Shown here piece by piece: positions 1 to 10,398 of a stretch of 64,000 nt of DNA. The stretch spans positions 11,790-75,789 of the forward strand of contig JAHBSZ010000008.1 in NCBI GenBank assembly GCA_019638845.1, in the 5' to 3' direction. The stretch comes from Salinibacterium sp. GTDB taxonomy: Bacteria > Actinomycetota > Actinomycetes > Actinomycetales > Microbacteriaceae. The translations under genes were made by a program, and so were the position numbers. Every line of letters begins with the position of its first letter. The stretch's first letter is position 1. The notes beneath the pieces are model-generated. The model ran no database searches. It worked only from the letters and a program-made list of their open reading frames with translations, and was not told the origin of the DNA.

Positions 1-241
1 TGGCGATGAGCTCATCTGGACGTCGAAAGATTGCCAGACCGATTCGGTGGCGGCCACGACGGTACTCATGCCAGGCGTCCCGAAGGCGGGCCCGCAACTC
101 ACCTGGGACCGCACTCGATCGTCGACGGACACCTGCAACTCGACTCGTGACCCGGTGATCGCGGGTGGCGCGAGCTATCACCTGACCGTCATCGTCGGGA
201 CGCTCATGTCAGCCAACGACCGGCAGTTCCTGCTCTATTGA
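1..241 (+). CDS. 3' end of a conserved hypothetical protein (5'-truncated by window edge)
   Basis: Frame open from position 2 to TGA 239-241 (GDELIWTSKDCQ...WDRTRSSTDTC...GGASYHL...QFLLY); stop overlaps the start of the next gene. Confidence 0.6.
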   Translation, partial: GDELIWTSKDCQTDSVAATTVLMPGVPKAGPQLTWDRTRSSTDTCNSTRDPVIAGGASYHLTVIVGTLMSANDRQFLLY

Positions 242-594
242 TGTCGGATCTCGGCGACGCGCTCGAAGCGCAGGACGCCGTGCGTGTGGCCTTCGCGCTG
301 CGCAACGGCACGGTGACTGTTCCGCTGCTGCCGGTGGATGGTCCACCCCAGGTACGGGTGTTCCGACGGGGTGACGCCGACAAGTACATGCTCCTGTTGT
401 TCTCGTCGCCCGAGACCTATGCCGCGATGCTCCCGGAGGAGCACGAGCATCCGGTCGCTGAGTACGACGCGGCGACTCTGAAGGACTTCCTCACGACCAA
501 CCTCGGGGTTCTCGAAGCCGTGTGGTTCGACGTCGCGGGCCCTTATGCGATGCAGGCAGCCCCAACGGACGTGCTCGACGCGCTCGAGCTCTAG
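241..594 (+). CDS. SseB-like family protein
   Basis: 117-aa ORF coupled to the upstream stop; LLLFSS..T and WFDVAGP segments resemble SseB N-terminal domains. Confidence 0.5.
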   Translation: MSDLGDALEAQDAVRVAFALRNGTVTVPLLPVDGPPQVRVFRRGDADKYMLLLFSSPETYAAMLPEEHEHPVAEYDAATLKDFLTTNLGVLEAVWFDVAGPYAMQAAPTDVLDALEL

Positions 595-623
595 TGTCCC
601 GACGGGCGGAGTAAAGTCGGGGA

Positions 624-2105
624 GTGGCATCTGCAGCGTCCGGCGACGATCAGGGTTCGCTGACACCGCGGCAGCGCAGGGCACTGACAAGGGTTCGCAG
701 CGACCGCACAATGATCACCACTCTCGCGGCGACCGGCCTGATCGCGGCTTTCATGCAGACGGTGGTCACCCCGATCATTCCCGAACTGCCGACCCTGCTC
801 AGCACCACGAGTGCGGACGCGTCGTGGGTCCTGACCGCGACGTTGTTGGCCGCGGCGATCTCCACACCGATCAGTGGTCGGCTTGGCGACATGTACGGCA
901 AGCGTCGGATCATGCTCGGGCTGCTCATGATCATGACGGTCGGCTGTGTGATCGCTGCAGTGGCCAACACCCTCATTCCGATGGTGATCGGCCGCGTGTT
1001 CCAAGGGGTCGGTCTCGGCGTGATCGCGTTGGGTATCAGTATTCTTCGGGATGTCATCCACCCGAAGAATCTTGGAGGTGCGGTCGCCCTGGTAAGTGCG
1101 ACGTTGGGCGTCGGCGGTGCTCTCGGCCTGCCGCTTGCGGCGACCATTGCGCAATATCTCGACTGGCACTTCCTGTTCTGGCTTTCGACGATGTTCAGCG
1201 TCATTGCGATCATCACTGTGGCGACGATCATCCCGGTGAGCACCTTGCGTTCGGGTGGTCGATTCGATTTAGTGGGCGCCCTTGGCCTCGCGGTGGGCCT
1301 CGTGAGCATCCTGCTCGCGGTGTCGAAGGGAACCGAGTGGGGCTGGGCGAGCCCGCTCACTCTGGGGTTGCTCGGGGGTGGTCTGGCTGTTCTCGTCGCG
1401 TGGGGGTTCTTCGAATTGCGCATCAGCAACCCGCTCGTCGACTTGCGGGTGGCCACGCGACGCACAGTTCTGCTGACGAACCTCGCATCGATCTCGGTGG
1501 GGTTCAGCTTCTTCGTGTGCACCGCCTCCCTGCCGATCGTGCTGGAATCCCCGGTGGCTAGCGAGGTTGGCCTCGGCCTTCCGCTCATCCTTGCGAGCCT
1601 GTGCCTCATGCCGCTGGGGCTCGTGATGTTCTTGTTCTCGCCGATTGCGGCGAGGCTGTCCCAGGCGCGCGGTCCCCGCACGAGTCTGATTCTGGGTGGC
1701 CTGATCATCACGGTCGGATTCACGCTCGCGGTGTTCTTCCTCGACGAGGTCTGGCACGTCATCCTGGTGTCGACGATCACCGGCATCGGGGTGGGCTTCG
1801 CGTACGCGGCGATGCCGACACTCATCATGCGGGCGGTTCCACCGCGGGAGACGGCTGCAGCGAATGGTCTCAACTCGGTAATGCGCACCCTCGGCTCGAC
1901 GATCTCTGCCACCGTTGCGGGGATCATCCTTTCCTCGCACGTTATCGTGACCAATGGCGTGGGCACCCCGTCCCGTGACGCGTTCGCCTACGTGTTCATG
2001 CTGGGTGCGGCGGTGGTGCTCGTGGGGGTCGTGCTTGCGTTGTTCATCCCGCGCCGCTTCCCGACCTACGACACGCAAAGCATCCCGGTGCAAAGCATCT
2101 CCTGA
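624..2105 (+). CDS. MFS transporter (DHA2-like, about 14 TM)
   Basis: MFS motif A (GRLGDMYGKRR), many hydrophobic helices, C-terminal half with AAANGLNSVMRTLG. Confidence 0.9.
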   Translation: MASAASGDDQGSLTPRQRRALTRVRSDRTMITTLAATGLIAAFMQTVVTPIIPELPTLLSTTSADASWVLTATLLAAAISTPISGRLGDMYGKRRIMLGLLMIMTVGCVIAAVANTLIPMVIGRVFQGVGLGVIALGISILRDVIHPKNLGGAVALVSATLGVGGALGLPLAATIAQYLDWHFLFWLSTMFSVIAIITVATIIPVSTLRSGGRFDLVGALGLAVGLVSILLAVSKGTEWGWASPLTLGLLGGGLAVLVAWGFFELRISNPLVDLRVATRRTVLLTNLASISVGFSFFVCTASLPIVLESPVASEVGLGLPLILASLCLMPLGLVMFLFSPIAARLSQARGPRTSLILGGLIITVGFTLAVFFLDEVWHVILVSTITGIGVGFAYAAMPTLIMRAVPPRETAAANGLNSVMRTLGSTISATVAGIILSSHVIVTNGVGTPSRDAFAYVFMLGAAVVLVGVVLALFIPRRFPTYDTQSIPVQSIS

Positions 2106-2118
2106 GAGGATGTCCCTG

Positions 2119-3003
2119 ATGTCAGTTCTTGCGATACTCAACCGCCCGTCGAGGGATGCCCCGGCTCACGCCCCCGCTTCGCCGCCGTTCCACTTCGCCG
2201 ACGCCGCCGAGCCGCAGTTGAGCGTTCTCGATCTCGGCGCGACCCGTGGCGACGGAATCTTCGAAACCGTCAGTGTCGGTTACGGAAGGCCGCAGGCACT
2301 CGAGCACCACCTTCGCCGTTTCGCAGCCTCGGCGCGCACCCTCGATTTGCCAGCACCCGACCTCGATGCGTGGCGAGCGGCGATCTTGGCCGTGGTGGCA
2401 GAGCTGGGCGATGTTGACGAGGGATATGTCAAGACGGTGATGACGCGCGGTATCGAGGGCGACGACAAGCCGACCGGTTGGGTTTACGGGTCACCGTCGC
2501 CCGACCACTCGCGCGCTCGACGGGAGGGCGTGCGCATCGTGCTGCTTGACCGCGGTTACCGGCATGACATCGAGGCCACGGCGCCGTGGCTACTGGCGGG
2601 AGCGAAGACCCTGAGCTACGCCGTAAACCGGGCGGTCGCGCGGGAGGCAGCGCGACGGGAAGCGGACGACGTCGTGTTCGTGTCGAGCGATGGGATCTTG
2701 CTCGAAGGCCCGACGTCGACCCTCGTGTTCCGGCGCGGCAACCAATTGCTGACGCCCGGCACCGGGTTGGGCATCCTTGACGGAACAACGCAAGCAAATG
2801 TCTTCCGGTATGCAGAGTCGGTGGGGATGTCCACGGGATTCGAACTCGCCGGTCCCGATGCACTGCGAGCAGCGGATGCCGCGTGGTTGGTGTCGAGCGT
2901 GCGCCTCGCGGCGCCGATCCGTGCTGTCGACGGTGTTGACATCGAAATCGATCACGAATTCACCGCAGCACTCAACGAGTATCTGAAGCGGCTCGAGGAG
3001 TAA
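2119..3003 (+). CDS. PLP-dependent class IV aminotransferase / aminodeoxychorismate lyase-like
   Basis: RGDGIFET, AKTLSYAVN (PLP lysine), LEGPTST and ILDGTT motifs; GAGAGG RBS upstream of ATG 2119. Confidence 0.85.
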   Translation: MSVLAILNRPSRDAPAHAPASPPFHFADAAEPQLSVLDLGATRGDGIFETVSVGYGRPQALEHHLRRFAASARTLDLPAPDLDAWRAAILAVVAELGDVDEGYVKTVMTRGIEGDDKPTGWVYGSPSPDHSRARREGVRIVLLDRGYRHDIEATAPWLLAGAKTLSYAVNRAVAREAARREADDVVFVSSDGILLEGPTSTLVFRRGNQLLTPGTGLGILDGTTQANVFRYAESVGMSTGFELAGPDALRAADAAWLVSSVRLAAPIRAVDGVDIEIDHEFTAALNEYLKRLEE

Positions 3004-3092
3004 GGCTCGCGGCGAGAACCTCCCGTAACTATTGCGTGTCGATGGGTAGAACGGGTCTTCTACAGGCGGCCTCATCCGATTAGTCTGTTTGG

Positions 3093-4190
3093 GTGAACGA
3101 CGAAAAGTTCGGTGTGCCGGCGGGCTGGTATCCAGACCCGCTCGGGCTTCCCCAGCTGCGCTGGTGGGACGCTCAAGCCTGGACCGAACACACGTCGGAG
3201 GCGCGCGCACCCATCGTTGTGCAGCCCGCGGCGCGGGTCGCTGTCCGCGAAGAGGCGCTCCCGTCGAGGCGCGACCTGCGCGAGCGCGAGCGACGCGAGA
3301 GCGGGGAGCCGAACGTTGGCGCCTCCGAGATCCCGGGGCAGCACCGCATGAGCCAAGACCTCATTGACGCGGAGCTCGATACCGATGTCGAGCAGGGTGA
3401 GCTCAGCGCCCAACCCCTACTGGCGATGACGTTGCGCGAACTCGAACCGCCGCTCGAAGACACGGTCGATCAGGAAACTCCCGGTCCGCGTCGGGCCACC
3501 TCGCACACCAACGCCGCGCCTGCTGCATCGGCGTTGAGCCCGCTCGCCGAAGAGTTAGCCCCGCTCCGTGTGGTCAAGACCATGCAGACCTATTCGAGCG
3601 CGTCGTGGGTGATCGCTCTCATGCCAGCGATCCAGCTTGCCGTGCTTGCCCTCATCGTGCTCACGGGTCTCGGCGGCAACCTTCCGCTCGTTCTTGCCGT
3701 CGTGTTTGCGCCATACCTGCTTGTCATCGGCTTTGCCGCCTACGACAAGCTGCTGTTGCAAGTGTGGGGTCACGAGAAGCCGGCTCGCGCACGTTGGGCC
3801 TTGCTTACCGCCCCCGGATATCTCGTCGCTCGCGCAGTGAGCACGGTGAAGCAGACCGGCCGTGGATTCGCCCCGATTGCCGTTTTCGGTTCGGCCGCGA
3901 CTGCGGTTCTTGCCGGAGTGCTCATTCTCCCGGGGCTCCTGATTTCGGTTTTCCCCGCCAGCTTCGCGGACGAGGTGGAGCGCTCGGTGAGCGCGGATGC
4001 CGCAGCCCTCGGTACGACCCTGACCGTCAGTTGCCCAGCCCCACCGCTACGCATCGGCGATACCGTGACGTGCATTGCGACGAAGCCGTCGGGCGCAACG
4101 GACTCGATCGTCGTCAGCCTTGAGCGCCAAAACGGGTGGATTGCGTGGAAGGTTCAAGACTGGGGCAACTGGGTCCTGACCGCGCCGTAG
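3093..4190 (+). CDS. DUF2510 domain membrane protein
   Basis: N-terminal PAGWYPDP...LRWWD..WT motif, three TM segments, C-terminal Cys pair domain. Confidence 0.8.
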   Translation: MNDEKFGVPAGWYPDPLGLPQLRWWDAQAWTEHTSEARAPIVVQPAARVAVREEALPSRRDLRERERRESGEPNVGASEIPGQHRMSQDLIDAELDTDVEQGELSAQPLLAMTLRELEPPLEDTVDQETPGPRRATSHTNAAPAASALSPLAEELAPLRVVKTMQTYSSASWVIALMPAIQLAVLALIVLTGLGGNLPLVLAVVFAPYLLVIGFAAYDKLLLQVWGHEKPARARWALLTAPGYLVARAVSTVKQTGRGFAPIAVFGSAATAVLAGVLILPGLLISVFPASFADEVERSVSADAAALGTTLTVSCPAPPLRIGDTVTCIATKPSGATDSIVVSLERQNGWIAWKVQDWGNWVLTAP

Positions 4191-4202
4191 CAGCCCTTGA
4201 GC

Positions 4203-5543
4203 TCAGAAGTCGGGGATATCGACCCGGTCGGTCGTCGAGCTTGCGAATGCGAGCCGCACTGCCTCGCGGAGGTGGATCGCGTCTGAGTCGATGACCGTCG
4301 AGAAGCCGAGTCGCTTCGCTTCGGCCACCCGTTGCTTCGCGTTCGAGGCTGGGCGAATCTCACCTGCGAGGCTGATCTCGCCGATGACCGCCTGGGTCAC
4401 CGGGAACGCCTTGTCTTTGTAGGCGCTGGCGATGGCGAGCGCGATGGCGAGGTCGGCTCCCGGTTCGGTGATACGGATGCCGCCTACGGTGGAGACGTAC
4501 ACGTCGTAGCCGCTCAGGGGTAGCCCCGCACGGCGTTCGAGTACGGCGAGCAGCATGGCCACGCGTGAGCTGTCCACCCCGTTGACCACGCGTCGCGGCT
4601 GGGGGGCCTGTGACTTCACGATGAGCGCCTGCACTTCGACTGGCAGGGCGCGACGACCTTCCACGGCGATCGTCACACAGGTGCCGCTGGTGGGTGTGCG
4701 CGCGCGAGAGAGGAAGAGGCCGCTGGGGTCGGCGACTTCGGCGATTCCGTCACCGGTCATCTCGAAGCATCCAACTTCATCGGTAGGGCCGAACCGGTTC
4801 TTGTGGGCGCGCACGAATCGTAGCGAGGTCTGCCGGTCGCCCTCGAACTGAAGCACGACATCGACGAGGTGCTCGAGCAGCCGGGGGCCCGCGATCGTGC
4901 CGTCTTTCGTGACGTGGCCGACGAGGAGCACGGGGAGGTTGCGGTCTTTGCTGATTCGGATGAGCGTCGACGCCACTTCGCGCACTTGCGACGGCCCGCC
5001 CGCGAGCCCGTCGGTGAGGCCGGATGCCACGGTCTGCACGCTGTCGACGATGACGAGTTGTGGCTGCACTTCGTCGATCTGCCCGAGTATCGTCGCGAGG
5101 TCGGTTTCCGCGGCGAGGTAGAGGGAAGGTTGGAGAGCCCCCGTCCGCTCCGCCCTGAGGCGCACCTGGCTCACGGACTCTTCAGCACTCACGTAGAGAA
5201 CGCGCTGCCCGGATGCCGCGGCTCGGCTGGCGACCTCCAGCAGGAGTGTCGACTTGCCGACGCCGGGCTCTCCGCTGAGCAGGATCGCGGCACCCGGCAC
5301 GATGCCGCCGCCGAGCACCCGGTCGAACTCGGCGATTCCGCTGGGCCAGTGGGCGACGGATTCCGCACCGACCTCCGTGATCGCGCGCGCGCCGCGGGCT
5401 GGCGCAACTGCGGTCACGCGTGAGGCGGGGGCTGTGGCATCCACAACCGTGTTCCACTGCTGACATTCGCCGCAGCGGCCCACCCACTTGAGATTGGTCC
5501 AGCCACACTCGGTGCAGCGGAACTGGGTGGTGGGGCGTGCCAT
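4203..5543 (-). CDS. radA: DNA repair protein RadA/Sms
   Basis: C4 zinc finger (CTECG...CGECQQW), Walker A GEPGVGKS, KNRFG motif, Lon-like C-terminus. Confidence 0.97.
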   Translation of the reverse strand: MARPTTQFRCTECGWTNLKWVGRCGECQQWNTVVDATAPASRVTAVAPARGARAITEVGAESVAHWPSGIAEFDRVLGGGIVPGAAILLSGEPGVGKSTLLLEVASRAAASGQRVLYVSAEESVSQVRLRAERTGALQPSLYLAAETDLATILGQIDEVQPQLVIVDSVQTVASGLTDGLAGGPSQVREVASTLIRISKDRNLPVLLVGHVTKDGTIAGPRLLEHLVDVVLQFEGDRQTSLRFVRAHKNRFGPTDEVGCFEMTGDGIAEVADPSGLFLSRARTPTSGTCVTIAVEGRRALPVEVQALIVKSQAPQPRRVVNGVDSSRVAMLLAVLERRAGLPLSGYDVYVSTVGGIRITEPGADLAIALAIASAYKDKAFPVTQAVIGEISLAGEIRPASNAKQRVAEAKRLGFSTVIDSDAIHLREAVRLAFASSTTDRVDIPDF

Positions 5544-5606
5544 GCGGCAAGCATAGGGTCGGGCGGTGACAACGGCGTCCCGGCACATCGTGAGCCGGGG
5601 GTGTAC

Positions 5607-5612
5607 TAAACT
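5607..5612 (+). promoter_or_regulatory. Putative -10 element (TAAACT) of tRNA-Ser
   Basis: TAnnnT hexamer 7 nt before the tRNA 5' end. Confidence 0.55.
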
Positions 5613-5619
5613 CTCTCCC

Positions 5620-5706
5620 GGAACCGTGTCCGAGCGGCCGAAGGTGCAACTCTCGAAAAGTTGTGTGGGTGAGAGCCCACCGTGGGTTCAAATCCCACCG
5701 GTTCCG
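5620..5706 (+). tRNA. tRNA-Ser(CGA), CCA not encoded; integration site of the element
   Basis: Acceptor stem GGAACCG/CGGTTCC, anticodon arm CAACT-CTCGAAA-AGTTG, long variable arm, T-loop GGTTCAAATCC, discriminator G. Confidence 0.96.
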
Positions 5707-5716
5707 CTCTGAGAAT

Positions 5717-5748
5717 GCCCCGGAATATCAATGATTCCGGGGCCTTTT
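5717..5748 (+). terminator. Intrinsic terminator-like hairpin after the tRNA
   Basis: GCCCCGGAAT (5717-5726) / ATTCCGGGGC (5734-5743) perfect 10-bp stem followed by CTTTT. Confidence 0.7.
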
Positions 5749-5768
5749 CGTTCCTGCCCGGTTCGAAA

Positions 5769-5787
5769 CCCTACAAAATCCCTACAA
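5769..5787 (+). repeat. Tandem CCCTACAA direct repeat, candidate integrase arm-type sites
   Basis: CCCTACAA at 5769-5776 and 5780-5787 (11-bp period), overlapping the integrase stop next to attL. Confidence 0.5.
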
Positions 5788-6868
5788 GTGTTTTCGCGCG
5801 CATCTCATCGAGCCGCGCTGAGACCTCGTCCAGGTCGTCCTCGAAGAGGTCGGTGTAGGTGTCCAAGGTCATAGCGGCGGATGCATGCCCGAGCATGCGC
5901 TGAACAGCCTTAACGTTGGCTCCCGCCGAGATCGCGAGGCTCGCTGCAGTGTGTCGAAGGTCATGAGGCGTGACTCGCAAGAACGTCGGATCCAACTGCT
6001 GCGATCGCATCACTGCTTGCACGAACCACCCGGTCACGCTGTGGGGAGTCTTGAGATGCGTGACGCCATCACCGAACAGAACGTCACCGTCGTTCCGTCC
6101 AACGCACAGCTCGGCCATGGCTTCGTCCAAGAAGGCGGGGTAGGGGACGCTGCGCTTTTCGTGCGTCTTCGGGGTGCCGACGTGGACCGTTCCCGCGACC
6201 ATGACTGCATTCTCTTCCACGAGCAGTCGCCGACGCTTGCGGTCGACCGATCCGACCCGAAGGCCTGTAGCTTCGCCCCAACGCATCCCCGTGTACGCGA
6301 GGACGTAGGTAAGAACCTTGTGTTCGCGGACTTGTGCGACCAGCAATTCGACCTGCACCATGGTCAGGTACTTGTGTTTTGATTTTGGCTTGCGGGGCAG
6401 CTTCACGTCGCGAGCAGGGTTCACAGCAATGCGTCTGTCCCGGACCGCGACATCAAGAATTCCGGCTAAGACGCCGTACGCACGAAGAACCGTAGTCGCG
6501 GATCGCCCATTGCCCCAGATGGTTATCCATGACTGGACGTCTGAGTGAAGGATTTCGGAAACTCGACGGCTTCCCCAAGAGGGTTCGACGTGGACGCGCC
6601 AAGCGATCTCCACTGGCTTATGCGAAGAGGGTTTTAGATGCGACTGGTTTGCGAGCCATTCGTTGCCCAAGTCTCGAATGGTCGCCTTGCCTTGACTTGG
6701 GTCGACATACTCCCCGCGGAGCGATGTAACCACTACGCCAGCCAGAAACTCCTCGGCATCACGCTTTCGAGTAAACCCTGCCTTTTCCCGATTGCGTCGG
6801 TCCGGATCCCGGTAATGCGCGCGGTAACGCTTGCCGTCCTTCGTCTCATAGCTAGAGATACTTGCCAC
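5771..6868 (-). CDS. int: Tyrosine recombinase / integrase
   Basis: TGMRWGE (R), PK (K), HDLRH, LGH and TLDTY catalytic motifs; N-terminal arm-binding domain; GTG start with AAGGGGG RBS. Confidence 0.95.
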   Translation of the reverse strand: MASISSYETKDGKRYRAHYRDPDRRNREKAGFTRKRDAEEFLAGVVVTSLRGEYVDPSQGKATIRDLGNEWLANQSHLKPSSHKPVEIAWRVHVEPSWGSRRVSEILHSDVQSWITIWGNGRSATTVLRAYGVLAGILDVAVRDRRIAVNPARDVKLPRKPKSKHKYLTMVQVELLVAQVREHKVLTYVLAYTGMRWGEATGLRVGSVDRKRRRLLVEENAVMVAGTVHVGTPKTHEKRSVPYPAFLDEAMAELCVGRNDGDVLFGDGVTHLKTPHSVTGWFVQAVMRSQQLDPTFLRVTPHDLRHTAASLAISAGANVKAVQRMLGHASAAMTLDTYTDLFEDDLDEVSARLDEMRAKTLVGIL

Positions 6869-7240
6869 GTAGGCCCCCTTCAAGAAGATCGTAAACAATG
6901 ACGGCGTCACGGGTTGTTCGCAATAATTGCTCACGACTGCCGTCGCCTTTGCGATGCGGTGTGACGGACATCTCACGATGCGCACGCCAGAGTCCGGAAC
7001 GGTTCACGATTACTCGGCCAAGAACCTGCCGATGGCGTACACGCTCGAACCGACGGCATCACATTCCTAGCGGTTGTCGTCGGCGCCATCGGACCTAAAG
7101 TCTCCTCCTTAACTTCCCTCGTCTTGGCCTGCATGCGCTATCACGGCACCGCACGAGATTAGTTCGACCAGCCGTTCGCCGCGACGACGAGCCCTGTCGC
7201 GCCGCGAAGTGAGCATTCTCCGAGCTGCGGGGTCTGTCTT

Positions 7241-8533
7241 TCAGGTGTTCGCTCGTGCTCGAACCCGAACCCGAACCACAATCACTTGGGCGACAACTAT
7301 CGCGCCCGCGACGCCAAAGGCGACGATGATAGTCACAATGTCCGACTGAACCTTTAGGACAAGGAACGGGACGAGAACTAGCAGGTCTAGTGCGATCGCC
7401 AGAACCGGAATCCATCGACGCGCGCGCACTTTGTCGCCGAGGCGCCGGGCTAGCCCCCATTGCACGGCGATGTCCATGCTCAGATAGAGAAGCGCGCCCA
7501 TAGATGCGATCTGGGTCAGGTCGAGCGCGACGGTCACAATGATTGCGAGCCCGGCCGTGATGAGCAGAGGCTGATGGGGAATGCGGGCGGGTAGCGACGG
7601 TGTTTGACGCATGCTCTGCAGCATTCCGTACAGCCGGGAGACCGAGTAGAGACTCGCGAGCAAGCCCGAGAGAGTAGCGATTACGGCGATGGCAACGGTC
7701 AAGCCGACACCCCATGCGCCGAATAGTGGCTCGGCCGCCTTCGCGAGCGCGAAGTCTCTTGCCTCCACTGCGCCTTTGGCGCCTAGGCTCGACTCCACGG
7801 ACGCGGTGATGAGCAAATAGAGAACGGTACAGATCGCAATAGAGATCATGATTGACCGTCCGATGTTCCGCTGGGGATCGCGGATATCGTCGCCCTGATT
7901 GGTGATCGTCGTAAAGCCCTTGTAGGCAAGAACGCAGAGCGTGGTTCCCGCAAGAACGCCGACGATGTCTGGCGGCTGGCCGGAAGTGTTCGCCAGCAGC
8001 CCGTCCCCGGAAAGCGATGTTCCAATGAGGCCGACGATAGCAAGTATCGCAATGCCCACGATCTTGAGGATGGCCGTCACCGTCGCCGAGCCCTCGACAA
8101 CACGATTGCCGATCAGATTCACCATCGCCGCGACAGTGATCGCGAAGACGCCCAAAAGAGGAACCAGCACGACAGAGCCTTGGAGTCCGAATGGAGTAAG
8201 GAGATATGTACCGAAAGTCCGAGCGAGCAGACTCTCGGCAACGACCATCGACACGTACATAAACAAGGAGAACGAGCCGGCCACCACCCCCGGGCCGTAC
8301 GCATCCTTAAGCAGCATCGCGATCCCGCCGGCCGACGGATTGACACTTGAGTAGCGGACGTACGCGTACGAGCTGACCCCCGCAACGACCGCGCCACCTA
8401 AGAATGCGACAGGGAACCAGTCTCCCGCGAACCCCGCGACCTGACCGACGAGGGCGAAAATGCCCGCACCGATCATCACCCCTGCGCCCAAGGAGACTGA
8501 ACCGCCGAGGGTAAGCTTTACTTTGTCGGCCAT
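7241..8533 (-). CDS. APC family amino acid permease
   Basis: GVMIGAGIF, PSAGG and AYKGF motifs; about 12 TM. Confidence 0.88.
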   Translation of the reverse strand: MADKVKLTLGGSVSLGAGVMIGAGIFALVGQVAGFAGDWFPVAFLGGAVVAGVSSYAYVRYSSVNPSAGGIAMLLKDAYGPGVVAGSFSLFMYVSMVVAESLLARTFGTYLLTPFGLQGSVVLVPLLGVFAITVAAMVNLIGNRVVEGSATVTAILKIVGIAILAIVGLIGTSLSGDGLLANTSGQPPDIVGVLAGTTLCVLAYKGFTTITNQGDDIRDPQRNIGRSIMISIAICTVLYLLITASVESSLGAKGAVEARDFALAKAAEPLFGAWGVGLTVAIAVIATLSGLLASLYSVSRLYGMLQSMRQTPSLPARIPHQPLLITAGLAIIVTVALDLTQIASMGALLYLSMDIAVQWGLARRLGDKVRARRWIPVLAIALDLLVLVPFLVLKVQSDIVTIIVAFGVAGAIVVAQVIVVRVRVRARANT

Positions 8534-8615
8534 CGATTCCACTCTACGTCGCGGGCTACGTGTGCAGGGGGTGCGCTACTGCCGGGTCGCCCGCCAGTCT
8601 TCCGAGGGGTCCGCA

Positions 8616-10079
8616 CTATTGGACGGCGATTACTCCCATCATGCCGTTGTCCTCATGGTCGAGGATGTGGCAGTGGTAGACGGTCTTCCCACTGAAGTCC
8701 TCGAAGGCGATCCGCACCATCGAGGTGCTCCGGGCCGGAACGTTGACTACGTCCTGCCAGGTCGCCCCAACCGTATGTTGTGACCCGACACTGAGCACCT
8801 GCATGGGCCAAACGTGGAGGTGAAAAGGATGATCCATAGGGCTGGTATTGACAATCGTCCACTCCTCGATTGTGCCTGCGGCAACGTGTTGGTCGACAGT
8901 AGTGGGATCGAATACCTTCCCATCGATCGTGAAGTCCATCATGCCGCCGCCCATCCCGCCCATCCCCATCGCCATGGTGAGTGTGCGATTCACGGTGACC
9001 GCCTCCGTTCGCAGGTCGCGAGGCGGCGAAGTCTGCGGTAGTGCGAGCGCAGCGGATGTCCTCTCGCCCGTGACGACGACGGTGGCCAAGTTGACGACCG
9101 CCGAACCGACACTGCCACCCATCATCCCTGAGGTGCCGCGATCCACCGGGACTGCCTTCAGCTCCGACGTACCTTCTGCCATCGTCACGATCACGTCGGC
9201 GCGGTTCCCTGGCACTAGTCGAAGTTCAGTGACATCCATGGGTGCGGCGAAGCGGCCCGAGTCGTTGCCGAGTAGCTGCATGTGCTGCCCGTCCAGACGC
9301 AAATCGAGGTAGCGGGACGAACAAGCGTTCACGATTCGCCAGCGCTCACTCTCGCCGGGCCGTGCGGTCAGGGTGGGGCCGACTTGGCCATTGACCAGAA
9401 CAGTCGTGCCCTCGCGACCGTTCATTCGGTCGAATTGCGATGCCTGCGCGATTTGGCCAGACGAGTTAAAGGTCGTGTCGGAAATTATGATGAGCCGCTC
9501 TGAACTTACGTCGATCGGAATGGGATCCTCGACGACAATCGCACCGTAAAGCCCTCCAAACACCTGATCGGCTGCCACCCCATGGTGGTGCGGGTGGTAC
9601 CAATACACGCCCGGCGGGTGATTTTCGGGAATCTCGTAGCGGTATTCCGCCGACGCGCCCGGGTCGATTCGCAGGAACACGTTGTCGCTCGAGCCCTCAG
9701 GTGAGACATGCAACCCGTGGGTGTGCAGGTTGGTAGGGTCCTGGAGATTGTTTTGCATCACTATCGAAAGCACGTCGCCGGGATGCACAATCAAGGTCGG
9801 ACCGGGCAGCCCATCGTTGTAGGTCAAGGCGTGGACTGCAGCACCGCCAATTGTGACGGTCGATTCGGCAGCGATCAGTGTCACCTCAAGCATCCCGTTG
9901 ACGCTTCGGAGAACTTCAGGCTCAATAAATTCATCGCCCCCCACGGCGCCGCCATTTGGCAACGTCGAACCGGGCACGTTGGTTTGGCTGCCCCACAACA
10001 GTCCCGCCCCGCCCGCGGCCGTGAGAGCAACACCGAGCCCACCGAGGGTGAGCGCCGTGCGCCGAGTGATGGGTTCCAC
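8616..10079 (-). CDS. Tat-exported three-domain multicopper oxidase
   Basis: ITRRTAL twin-arginine signal; HTHG, WYHPH, HPFHLH and HCHILDHEDNGM copper motifs. Confidence 0.93.
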   Translation of the reverse strand: MEPITRRTALTLGGLGVALTAAGGAGLLWGSQTNVPGSTLPNGGAVGGDEFIEPEVLRSVNGMLEVTLIAAESTVTIGGAAVHALTYNDGLPGPTLIVHPGDVLSIVMQNNLQDPTNLHTHGLHVSPEGSSDNVFLRIDPGASAEYRYEIPENHPPGVYWYHPHHHGVAADQVFGGLYGAIVVEDPIPIDVSSERLIIISDTTFNSSGQIAQASQFDRMNGREGTTVLVNGQVGPTLTARPGESERWRIVNACSSRYLDLRLDGQHMQLLGNDSGRFAAPMDVTELRLVPGNRADVIVTMAEGTSELKAVPVDRGTSGMMGGSVGSAVVNLATVVVTGERTSAALALPQTSPPRDLRTEAVTVNRTLTMAMGMGGMGGGMMDFTIDGKVFDPTTVDQHVAAGTIEEWTIVNTSPMDHPFHLHVWPMQVLSVGSQHTVGATWQDVVNVPARSTSMVRIAFEDFSGKTVYHCHILDHEDNGMMGVIAVQ

Positions 10080-10327
10080 TACGGCATCAAACCCAAGGTG
10101 GCGAGTCGTTCACGGTACTCCTCGGATGTAAGTTCACCCTTCGCATACCGCTCATCCAGGATCTGCTTCGGGGACAAACTGTTTGCGCCGAGAGTGGACA
10201 CGGGTAGCCGCCGACGAGAACCGGCGAACACTCGAACCAGCACGATGACGAGGATTACTACTCCTACGAGAACTAAGGTGCCGAAGGCCCACCCCCACGA
10301 TCCCATTCCGTAATTGCCCCACATCAT
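10079..10327 (-). CDS. SHOCT domain small membrane protein
   Basis: One TM helix plus ILDERYAKGELTSEEY; stop overlaps the MCO start. Confidence 0.85.
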   Translation of the reverse strand: MMWGNYGMGSWGWAFGTLVLVGVVILVIVLVRVFAGSRRRLPVSTLGANSLSPKQILDERYAKGELTSEEYRERLATLGLMP

Positions 10328-10398
10328 GATGCCTCCTCAGGAACCGTGCAGCCGTTTGGCGCTTCCTCCAGTATCCGCACTCTGAGAACGAAAGGATC

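Noticed and set aside
545-1966. Long overlapping ORFs 545-1561 (+) and 650-1966 (-)
   Set aside because: Shadow frames of the MFS gene; typical high-GC artefacts with Arg/Pro-rich composition and no motifs.
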